Shown here: one piece after another, positions 54,571-64,000 of the stretch | Layout of the letters: every line of letters begins with the position of its first letter | How positions within the stretch are numbered: position 1 is the first letter of the stretch | Assembly (NCBI GenBank): GCA_964016885.1 | Contig: OZ024742.1 | Span: 74,214,001 to 74,278,000 of the forward strand | DNA from: Eledone cirrhosa | Lineage: Eukaryota | Reading direction: 5' to 3' | DNA length: 64,000 nt | Notes under the pieces: generated by a model | The model's input: only the letters and a program-made list of their open reading frames with translations | Database searches by the model: none | What the model was told of the DNA's origin: nothing | Translations under genes and position numbers: made by a program

Positions 54571-55395
54571 TTAGAGTTATTCAAAATGGTTTCTATTAGA
54601 GTTGTTACTGTTGTCAACCACATAACATGGGAATACTGTTAAAGTGAATGAATAAAAATAGAAACCTTGTTTGTTTTATTTGTCTTTTGTTGGTATTTTC
54701 ATTGCAATCACTTCCAAATATCAAAATTGTCAACATGCGCCATTACACAGTAAAAATTATTTAATAAAAACCATTCAGATTTATAATAACGTTTAACTGG
54801 CTAAACAACGCCATGCTACCTTTCTATTATAATGGCGTCATCATTTTATTTGATTCCGTGTCTAACCAAGCGCAACTCCTTTCTCTACACTGAGGTAATT
54901 CACCTATTGTCAATCACCGAACCTAATAACATTGGACGGCTGCTGTCCGCCCGTTTCATTAATTTTCAACGGGTGTTCCATTTCTTAGAATTCAAGAAAT
55001 ATTCTAACCCCTTATTTCAGGTTTGTCCGACATACGTCAGGAGGTGAGATTGTTTATATTTACTGGCCGATAGATAAGGCTTAAAAATAACGCGAAGATA
55101 ATCAGCCTCGTTTTGGTGTAACAGTAGCGAAACATACGATATTGCTGTCTACTTTTCCGTCTCTATCGGGCTGAAACTAAAAATCCTGCTTTGAAGCAAC
55201 TAACTTTCAGCTAAGATACATTATATATATATATACGGCAACACTCATCTTTTTCCATTTCTCCGAGGGTTATAAACCCCACTATCAGGCTAGAAATTTA
55301 TTTAGTCTAAAATACGGTGAAAGCTTATAATTTCTAATTTCAAACTCGCGCACCGTTTCAAAAACATACTTACATGTTTACGTTTATAATTTGCT

Positions 55396-55480
<85 letters not shown>

Positions 55481-55488
<8 letters not shown>

Positions 55489-55684
55489 ATACTTTGGGAG
55501 GGTCATGTTGCCAATAAGAAACACACGCACCAGTTGCTTTCACTTCAATTTATTATAATAAATTGGAGTGAAAGCAACTGGTGTGTGTGTTTCTTATTGG
55601 CAACATGACCCTCCCAAAGTATAACAATATCGGTTTCAACACACGTTTTCAGATAAAGAATCTTGCTAAACAAATTCAGAAACG

Positions 55685-55687
<3 letters not shown>
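55481..55687. repeat. 150-bp zero-spacer palindrome plus tail between (TA)n tracts
   Basis: 75-bp arms 55481-55555 / 55556-55630 with 2 mismatches. Confidence 0.9.
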
Positions 55688-55744
<57 letters not shown>

Positions 55745-55748
<4 letters not shown>

Positions 55749-56025
55749 GGAATAGAATGAAACGAAATTTCATTTCTCACTCTTATTACGGCACTTACTT
55801 AAATGTAAGTATGTATGTATACAGACGTACAGTAGTATGTATATATATACACACATGCACACATATCTACATGCGCGTATCGGTTTACCGAACATTTATT
55901 ATAATGCTGGCTTTGTTTGTTTGTAAACAAACAAACAAACAGCCCGAATTATGCCGTACAGTGTTTAGGCAATCACGTCACCTTTTTGTTCAATACTGAC
56001 ACAGGAACGATGTACTAGTTTCAAG
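55745..56025 (-). mobile_element. Diverged, truncated copy of the 60927-61808 HHR unit
   Basis: Homology ends at gtactagtttcaag, inside HHR stem II. Confidence 0.8.
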
Positions 56026-56612
56026 TAAATATATATATATATATATATATATAAAGGTTAACATATACATAAAGTTATAGATATATACATGTTGCAACTG
56101 GTCACTTTTAAGCTCTATGAAGAATTAATAAATTAAAAATAAAAAAAATAAAAAATCAGAGCATTACATCATAAATCATGTCTTTTAGAATCATCAGATA
56201 ATAAAATATATACTATTTCTTCTTCTAATTAGCATAATTAACCATATAAAAAATCAATCAGAACAAGCTATAAGAATAAATGCTCTTATGGGGAAATCTC
56301 CGACAAATAACCGAACGTAGCGTCTTCGCGGCGGCCTCAATCGAGTATTTATCCAACATTTCGACAGCTTGTAGAAACTGACTAAATATACCATCAACCA
56401 TACACAATTAGGTGTAAAATTAAACTTAGAAGAAATCCGCACATACCGTAATTATATCTCTACCATGGTTTCTTCCTTATTTTAGACATCCAAATAATAG
56501 GAATGTCCTGAGTTAGGATTCATCAGGAGACAAACTCAAAATCAGACATCTAGATTTTCAATCCGATCCCGCCAAAAATAGATTCAAATAGTTTTTCCTA
56601 TATATATATATG

Positions 56613-56800
56613 TATAGGAAAAACTATGACCCCGACGGCAGAGCTCAAGCCGTTTCGACGGCTATTTCTAGTCCAGAAATAGCCGTCGAAACGGCTTGAG
56701 CTCTGCCGTCGGAGTCATACTTTTTCCCATAACCCACTCTACTTCCCTAAGTATTGAGTAATCTGGTGCGTTATGGTCCATCTGATTCCTTACCACAACA
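56613..56800 (+). mobile_element. Foldback mini-element family L with hammerhead 3' half
   Basis: Arms 56613-56669 / 56675-56731; GAAA cggc-ttgagctct-gccg TC at 56688-56710. Confidence 0.75.
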
Positions 56801-56859
56801 TAATCAGTATACACTGAGGATGAAAAACTCAGAGCTGTATGGGAGCCTCCCAAAAGTAG

Positions 56860-57105
56860 CTCAAAAGTGACACAGAGGAGACTGAGGTTAGCTGGACATG
56901 CTCACCGACATCCAGAGTTGACACTGCACTCAGGGCTCCTCTGGGAACCCCTGCATGGACACACTGGAAGAGGAAGACCAAGATTAACGTATGTTGATGT
57001 CCTAAGGACAGACACTGGTCTGTTGGAGACGCAGAACATGGCAGCGATAATGAGGGACAGAGACCGCTGGAGAGAACTCGTCCATGGATCTCGGGAAGTT
57101 TAGCA
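56860..57105 (+). mobile_element. LINE (RTE-like) 3' end fragment
   Basis: RRLRLAGHAHRH...LLWEP...RGRPRLTYVD...MRDRDRWR. Confidence 0.75.
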
Positions 57106-57106
57106 G

Positions 57107-57175
<69 letters not shown>

Positions 57176-57191
57176 ATATATATATATATAT

Positions 57192-57381
57192 ATAGGAACG
57201 AGTAGGACCCCAACGGCTGAGCTCAAGCCGTTTCGACGGCTAATTCTGGACAATTAGCCGTCGAAACGGCCTGAGCTCAGCCGTCGGGGTCCTACTCGTT
57301 CCTATTACCCACTCTACTACCCTAAGTATTGATTACTTTGGTGCGCTATCGTCCACCTGGTTCCTTACCACATTTCCTTCG

Positions 57382-57382
<1 letters not shown>
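57192..57382 (+). mobile_element. Foldback mini-element family L, second copy
   Basis: Arms 57192-57245 / 57252-57305; GAAA cggc-ctgagctca-gccg TC. Confidence 0.75.
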
Positions 57383-57463
<81 letters not shown>

Positions 57464-57943
57464 TATATATAGAGAAATACACAAAGAGGTATGTGTTCAA
57501 TTATAGGGGATAGAATACCACCAGAGTGAAAACCATATTGTCTACGAACAGAATGGAGAATACATATCAATTAAAAGAATAAATTAAAACGTACAGACCA
57601 TTTGTTTATAACAATATCCCCTGGACATGCAGTAAGCATATTTTGCCACAAATAAAGTGTGGAATCATACCGCTGACGGCTTATCAACAGGAGGGTCAAA
57701 CAATACGATCCACCCTTCTAAAAATATATCAGACAACTAGCAAACGTTTTAGAGGTGCAAATTAATTGCGTCCGTAGGCGGTATACCAAGATGAGCACTC
57801 GATGCTCGTGGGGAACAGAGTATCAATAATAATAATATATAAGGGATCAAAGTATGAATGTTGCATCATATACATATTTAATTACATATTACATATTACA
57901 CTTAGGCGCGAGTTTACATGTGAACACATATCTGAGGAGCTTT

Positions 57944-58023
<80 letters not shown>

Positions 58024-58128
58024 TTGATAATATACTGTATGTTTATTCAAAAACATTTTGAAGACCATTCGCTATGTGTTTTAAAGTAATGACTGTTTCA
58101 CTTATTTTGTCTCGGCAAAATCAAAGGG

Positions 58129-58177
58129 AAGCAACCGACAGCTGTTTCTCGTTTGTTAACGGTTATCAAGATTGCTT
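58129..58177 (-). ncRNA. Type I hammerhead, U3-A8 variant
   Basis: Minus strand: aagcaatc TTGATAA ccgt-taacaa-acga GAAA cagctg TC ggttgctt; palindromic stem III; GUC triplet. Confidence 0.75.
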
Positions 58178-58289
58178 ATCCCTCCGCTTCTGCATAATTT
58201 CTTTTTTCTTATGACAGGCTGAATAAGTCGGGGTCCAGAACCCAACGAAACTTAAGTACCTAATTATGTCAATGTTGTAACTATTTATT

Positions 58290-58374
<85 letters not shown>

Positions 58375-58704
58375 TTCAAAGAACAAACCCACAATATTGT
58401 TTATGAAAGAGAACCTTTTTGATAGATTCTGATTTAATGTTGAAAATTAACACTGTAGATCTGTCTTATAAGTATTTTTTCACCCAGAACATAAAGTATG
58501 TAATAATAGCTGCAGAGTTTCAAGAATGACAGCTGTATATACTCGTATACTTCTATAGATGATTAACGAATTTCGATTAAACATTGTTTATTTCAGATAT
58601 CCTAGTGTGTGGAGAGAGGCCTTGCTAAGAATGAAAATTGCAGTTAAAGAGTTCTTATTATATTGGTGTTAGTAAAGAAATGATTATTATATTAAATAAT
58701 ATCA

Positions 58705-59078
58705 GGGCGGTGGATTGGCAGTATCGGATGAGAGTCGGACACCATGCTTCGCAGCATAGAGTTACGGTCCTTTACAGTCTTTCATCCAGGGTCGATAAAC
58801 TAAAGCACCAGTAACGTACTGGGGTCGATTTAATCGACTTTCCCCTCCCGCCAAATTACTGGCCTTATGCCTATACTAGAAATCATTATTTGGTGAATTG
58901 GCAGTATCGATAGAGGGTTGGACGACATGATTTCTAGCATAGTTACGTCCCTTTACGGTCTGAGTTCAAATCCCGCCGAGGTTGACTTTGCCTTTCATCC
59001 TTACGGGGTTCGATAAAATAAAGTACTAGTAATGTACTGGGTAATTGCTGGCCTTGTGCCAAAAGTAGAAACAATTAT
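58705..59078 (+). mobile_element. Two tandem SINE family 2 copies
   Basis: ttggcagtatcg heads near 58715 and 58898. Confidence 0.85.
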
Positions 59079-59650
59079 TTAATAACATATATATAAATAA
59101 ATCACTTATTATGTCGGTATGCATTATACAACCCCACCCCCAACTCCCCCCTCTATTCACCTCCCTAAACATGCCAAAGCTCACACCTCCTCTAATTGTA
59201 ACCAGTATAATGAAGTAATGCACCAATTGATACCTCTCCTTCCTGTTAGTTCAACTAGTGATAAAATAGAAAGTATATGACAGTCAGTCATAAATTAAAA
59301 AATGTATTCACACATGTCTATATATATATATATATGAGTGTGAGTGTGTGTGTGTGTGTATGTGTGTATGGGTGTGTGTGTGTGTATCCGTCGGGCCCCG
59401 ACTCTGTACTATATTTACACTCAACTATCCCAGTATCGAGTACTCTGTTGAGTACTCTGTCGAGTTACTGGTATTAACCTGCTCTCCCCCCCCTCTCTCT
59501 ATATATATATATACACATTACCTTTTTACTCGTTTACCTGTTCCATGTTGGGGAACCGCCCTTGATATATTTATATAATCATATATATATATATATCCAA
59601 GACTGGAATTGAATCATCAGCACAGTTGAGGTATGTCATACGTCAATTTA

Positions 59651-59720
59651 TATATTTTATCTGATGAGGACGTACTGAAAAAACAGCACAGTACCTCCGA
59701 AATATATATAATAAAATATA
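59651..59720 (+). ncRNA. Type I hammerhead ribozyme (family B)
   Basis: tatattttat CTGATGA ggacgtactg-loop-cagtacctcc GAAA tatata TA ataaaatata; 10-bp perfect stem I. Confidence 0.88.
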
Positions 59721-59823
59721 TTTTCATTACGTGATTGTCTATATTTATTAATATTTTGAATTAATATTATATATATATATAGAGAGAGAGAGAAGTGGTT
59801 ACACAACAGTTAGTTCACTATAC

Positions 59824-59861
59824 CGAGAACAATTGTTTCACCTTAGCGGATCCTCAGCTCG
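59824..59861 (-). ncRNA. Minimal type I hammerhead ribozyme
   Basis: Minus strand: cgag CTGAGGA tcc-gctaa-ggt GAAA caattg TT ctcg; palindromic stem III. Confidence 0.8.
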
Positions 59862-59871
59862 TAATCATTAT

Positions 59872-60065
59872 AGTTTTAATATAGATGAGATTCTACAGGA
59901 CTAGAACTGTTTCATTCTTTAGAAATCATCAGATTCCTGATGATTTCTAAAGAATGAAACAGTTCTAGTCCTGTAGAATCTCATCTATATTAAAACTTTT
60001 ATACTCTGCTATGTATTGAGTACCTTACTTACTGTGGTTACCTCCGATTCAACCCGGAATAACAT
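59872..60065 (+). mobile_element. Foldback mini-element family K; HHR core lacking the 5' strand of stem I
   Basis: Perfect 61-bp arms 59872-59932 / 59937-59997 with 4-nt spacer; CTGATGA tttct-aa-agaat GAAA c..g TC starts exactly at the right arm. Confidence 0.8.
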
Positions 60066-60070
60066 ACCTA

Positions 60071-60867
60071 TACCCTCGCGTCCCCTTTATTTACGTGTCC
60101 CAACGACTTTTTTTAGCCGTTGCTCGCACCAACCGGAGGTATATGGTCTTTAAAGCGATGAAATACCTATGATAGTTGGAAGATCACTGATGAAGGACAA
60201 ACTTTTTTCATATGTAACCCATTTGCAACTCCGCAGCGCCCTTATTATCATATTTACACATATTTTTTCCTCTGCTGCTACACCGTCTTTTTCGTTCTAC
60301 GTATCTTTACCCTTTCTAGCAGTCTCTCTCTCTGTTAGCCTCTTCCTCACCTCACCCTTCACTCACTCATTCTCTGTCACTACCTCTCCTCCTCCTCCTC
60401 TTTCTTCCCGTTTGACCTGTGAGTAACTCTTTTCTCTCACATTCTCGGCCAAACTGGTCGGAATTTTTTCTCTCGCGTCTACGATTTCACAGAACTTATG
60501 TTTACCGAAGTCGCAGACCAGACCCTTCTTCCTCCCGTTAGACCTGTGCGAAATTCCTTCCTTGCTCACATTTCAACCAGGTTTGATGGTCGTTATTCTC
60601 TCGTTCACGATTTCACCAAACTTAAATTCATAGAAATCTGGGACTTGTTTCCTCCTTCCTCACTTTCTGTTGCCTCACCATTTTGTTCGTTTACCCTCGC
60701 GTCCCCTTTATTTACGTGTCCCAACGACTTTTTTTAGCCGTTGCTCGCACCAACCGGAGGTATATGGTCTTTAAAGCAATGAAATACCTATGATAGTTGG
60801 AAGATCACTGATGAAGGACAAACTTTTTTCATATGTAACCCATTTGCAACTCCGCAGCACCCTTATT

Positions 60868-60874
<7 letters not shown>
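60071..60874. repeat. About 183-bp direct repeats (60071-60253, 60692-60874) flanking a pyrimidine-rich spacer
   Basis: Near-identical copies 621 bp apart. Confidence 0.9.
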
Positions 60875-60929
<55 letters not shown>

Positions 60930-61215
60930 TTGAAAAAAATGAAAACGAAATTTCATTTCTCACTCTTAGTATGGCACTTACTTAAATGTAAGTATGTATG
61001 TATACGTACATACATATATGTATACAGACGTACAGTAGCATACATATATATATATATATATACATACAGGTACACATACATATATGCACGCATCAGTTTA
61101 GCGGACGTTTATTATAACGCCGCTTTATTCGTTTGTCAACAAACTGAACAGCCTGAATTTATGCCATACGGTGTTAAGGCAACCACGTCACCTTTTTGTT
61201 CAACACTAACACAGG

Positions 61216-61260
61216 AACGATGTACTAGTTTCAAGCTTGTTAGCTATCATCAGCACCGTT
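61216..61260 (-). ncRNA. Type I hammerhead ribozyme (tandem unit 1)
   Basis: Minus strand: aacggtg CTGATGA tagc-taacaa-gctt GAAA ctag TA catcgtt. Confidence 0.88.
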
Positions 61261-61494
61261 TACCCATCTGCCAGATAGTTGAACGTTCGAAAGTATATAC
61301 TTTCCTTATGAAAATTAACGGCTGAGCAGCCTAATTTGCATATTGAGTGAGTTAAATCGGTCAGGCATACCGAAAACGATAAGTTGAAAAAAATGAAAAC
61401 GAAATTTCATTTCTCACTCTTAGTATGGCACTTACTTAAATGTAAGTATGTATGTATACGTACATACATATATGTATACAGACGTACAGTAGCA

Positions 61495-61554
<60 letters not shown>

Positions 61555-61703
61555 CAGGTACACATACATATATGCACGCATCAGTTTAGCGGACGTTTAT
61601 TATAACGCCGCTTTGTTCGTTTGTCAACAAACTGAACAGCCTGAATTTATGCCATACGGTGTTAAGGCAACCACGTCACCTTTTTGTTCAACACTGACAC
61701 AGG

Positions 61704-61748
61704 AACGATGTACTAGTTTCAAGCTTGTTAGCTATCATCAGCACCGTT
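61704..61748 (-). ncRNA. Type I hammerhead ribozyme (tandem unit 2)
   Basis: Identical to 61216-61260. Confidence 0.88.
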
Positions 61749-61808
61749 TACCCATCTGCCAGATAGTTGAACGTTCGAAAGTATATACTTTCCTTATGAA
61801 AATTAACG

Positions 61809-62140
61809 ATTCTACCATTCACTAGAGTACAATGGATTCTACCACTCACTAGAGTACAATAGATTCTACCATTCACTAGAGTGCAATAGATTCTAACATT
61901 CACTAGAGTACAATGGATTCTATCATTCACTAGAGTACAATAGGTTCTACCATTCACTAGAGTACAATAGATTCTACCATTCACTAGAGTACAATGGATT
62001 CTACCATTCACTAGAATACAATGGATTGTACCATTCACTAGAGTGCAATATATTCTAACATTCACTAGAGTACAATGGATTCTACCACTCACTAGAGTAC
62101 AATATATTCTGCCATTCACTAGAGTACAATGGATTCTACC
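61809..62140. repeat. 27-bp minisatellite, about 12 copies
   Basis: Unit attctaccattcactagagtacaatgg. Confidence 0.95.
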
Positions 62141-62259
62141 CAGCTTTGCAAATTGCCTTCTCTGTTATATTTATTGTCACTTATCCTTCTAATATGAAGA
62201 ATAAGTCTGAACAAGTTTTTAATTTAAGGGAAAACTTCAAACATTCACGGTCGATGAGT

Positions 62260-62327
62260 GTCGCCTTGCAGTTGTCCACTTGAGCTAAAATTTTGCATAG
62301 ATTGTTTTTTTTTTGTTAATTGAAACA

Positions 62328-62415
<88 letters not shown>

Positions 62416-62608
62416 GGATAAGTGACAATAAATATAACAGAGAAGGCAATTTGCAAAGCTGGGGACAGAGTGCAGTAAACACCTATTTTCCGCTGTGGGA
62501 ACAACAAAATTTTAACTTTCTGAAAATTACCTATTGCTAAGGGCCACCCTAATATACATATATCCGTATGTGGTTGACAGCTGAGGGAAATGAGTACTCG
62601 GTATTGAG

Positions 62609-62695
<87 letters not shown>

Positions 62696-63583
62696 TATAC
62701 ATATGATATGTATATATATATATACTCTCCTTACTTATTTCTCCTTGCTCCCCATTTCTCATGGTATTTGTATATAAAGGCAAAAAGGAGAGTAAAGAGA
62801 GCAAGGCTAAAAGGAGAACAAGGAGAGCAAGGATAAAAAGGAGAGTAAGTAGAGCAATGAAAAAAGAGGGCAAGGAAGCAATGAGAAAAGGAGAGTAAGG
62901 AGAGCAATGGTAAAAGGAGAGCAATGAGAAAAGGAGAGCAATGAGAGCAATGCGAAAAGGAGAGCAAGGAGAGCAAGGAGAGGAAAGAGAGACAAAGGGG
63001 TGGGGACAGGGAGGAAAGGAGGAAGGGGAGAAAGGGAGGAATGGGAGAAAGGGGAAGGGGAAGTAGCGGAGGTATGGGATGAGAGGGAGTAGAAGGGGAA
63101 GGGGAAGGAGGGAAGTGGAAGAAGGGGAAGTGACAGAATAGAGGGGCAAGGGGAGAAAGGGATGGAAATGGACGTAGGAGATGAAGGGCGGGAAGGTGAG
63201 GAAGGGGAGGATGGGGTGAAGTAGAGTAGGAAGGGAGGAATTGGATGAAGAGGAGGAGAGGAGCATATATACATATATCAGTATGTGGTTACATATATAT
63301 ATATACAATGTATATATATATATATACATTTGCTGGGGTTGCCTGGATGTGTCACATAAATTTCTCTAAGAAGAAAAAAGAAAATGGTCGAGATAGGGAA
63401 CAGTATTAATCGTTGAGCATACTATGTTCCAACTTCAAAGCGTTTGAGGGTCGCCAAACAGTTGTCCGATTGAGCTGAAATTTTGCACATCCCGTTCTTT
63501 TGTTGATTGGAACAGGATTAGGGGATAGGAGCAGCAACATTTTAACTTTCGGAAAATTACCTATTGCTAAGGGCCACCCTAAT
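62260..63583. mobile_element. Two direct copies of a Tc1/mariner-like transposon end (62260-62553, 63450-63583)
   Basis: Shared cagttgtcc..ttgagct.aaattttgca and aaaattacctattgctaagggccaccctaaTA. Confidence 0.55.
62780..63265. repeat. Purine-rich (GA) low-complexity tract
   Basis: Directly visible. Confidence 0.85.
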
Positions 63584-64000
63584 ATATGTATATATATATA
63601 TATAAAGAATTAGTATATCTACCAACATATATATACAGATGCATACCTATGCTAGCAAATGCATAGGTTTTGTCTTAGTAACTTTGTAGTTCAATGCAAG
63701 GGGATGCAGAACAATTATATGAAAGACGTAAAATAAGAAAATTATAAAAATTAACTTACTTACTAAAATTTCACTCCAACTAATTAGTTTCTGAAAGGGA
63801 ATAATCATGGTTTCCAAATGGAAAGCATGGAAAAGCCTTTCGTCATCAGGAAGTCAATTCTCAGCTAAGTTCCCAGGCGATGCGTGGACACAGGGAACTT
63901 ATACAAAAATAATTCAGTGGATGGAAAAAAACAAGCGTGGACTAAATTCCAAGACATTGAAAAAATCACTGCCTACTTGGTCGGTGGCAAATTCAAAAGA

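Larger units (their letters stand above)
60927..61808 (-). mobile_element. Head-to-tail dimer of a 454-488 bp hammerhead-containing unit (retrozyme-like or tandem pLTR)
   Basis: Units 60927-61380 and 61381-61808; differ mainly in internal (TA)n length. Confidence 0.8.

Noticed and set aside
56160-56210. CTGATGA on the minus strand
   Set aside because: No GAAA and no convincing stems I or III
56805-56842. ataca CTGAGGA tga..tca gagc tgtat
   Set aside because: Lacks GAAA and stem III
58420-58470. Hammerhead-like stem I with ctgattt...gaaa
   Set aside because: Core has two mismatches and stem III is absent
62316-63329. 337-aa Leu/Pro/Phe/Ser-rich ORF
   Set aside because: Antisense reading of a purine-rich low-complexity tract
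63807-64000. Open frame running off the window end
   Set aside because: No recognisable domain; an alternative frame (AWTKFQDIEKI) weakly resembles a LINE remnant

Overview
AT-rich eukaryotic DNA made almost entirely of repeats. The SINE, LINE and microsatellite content suggests a cephalopod (octopus-like) genome; that is an inference. No host gene is supportable. Retroelements present: decayed CRE-like and Dong/R4-like elements (restriction-like endonuclease), a Penelope-like RT, a near full-length Tx1/L1-clade LINE in (ATT)n, and an RTE/BovB-type LINE ending in three C2H2 fingers. Also present: mariner, hAT and probable Helitron remnants, two tRNA-derived SINE families and several satellites. 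The main signal is non-coding. Many 100-500 bp islands between (TA)n tracts contain type I hammerhead ribozyme (HHR) folds from about ten unrelated sequence families, read here by eye. Many of these islands are foldbacks whose axis lies at or inside the ribozyme and whose tails share an ACTC...GAGT hairpin. One island is a head-to-tail dimer with HHRs 488 nt apart, resembling a retrozyme. Two families carry a compensatory U3-A8 core pair. This looks like a (TA)n-associated population of ribozyme-bearing mini-elements derived from Penelope pLTRs. Folds were paired manually and catalytic activity is untested.
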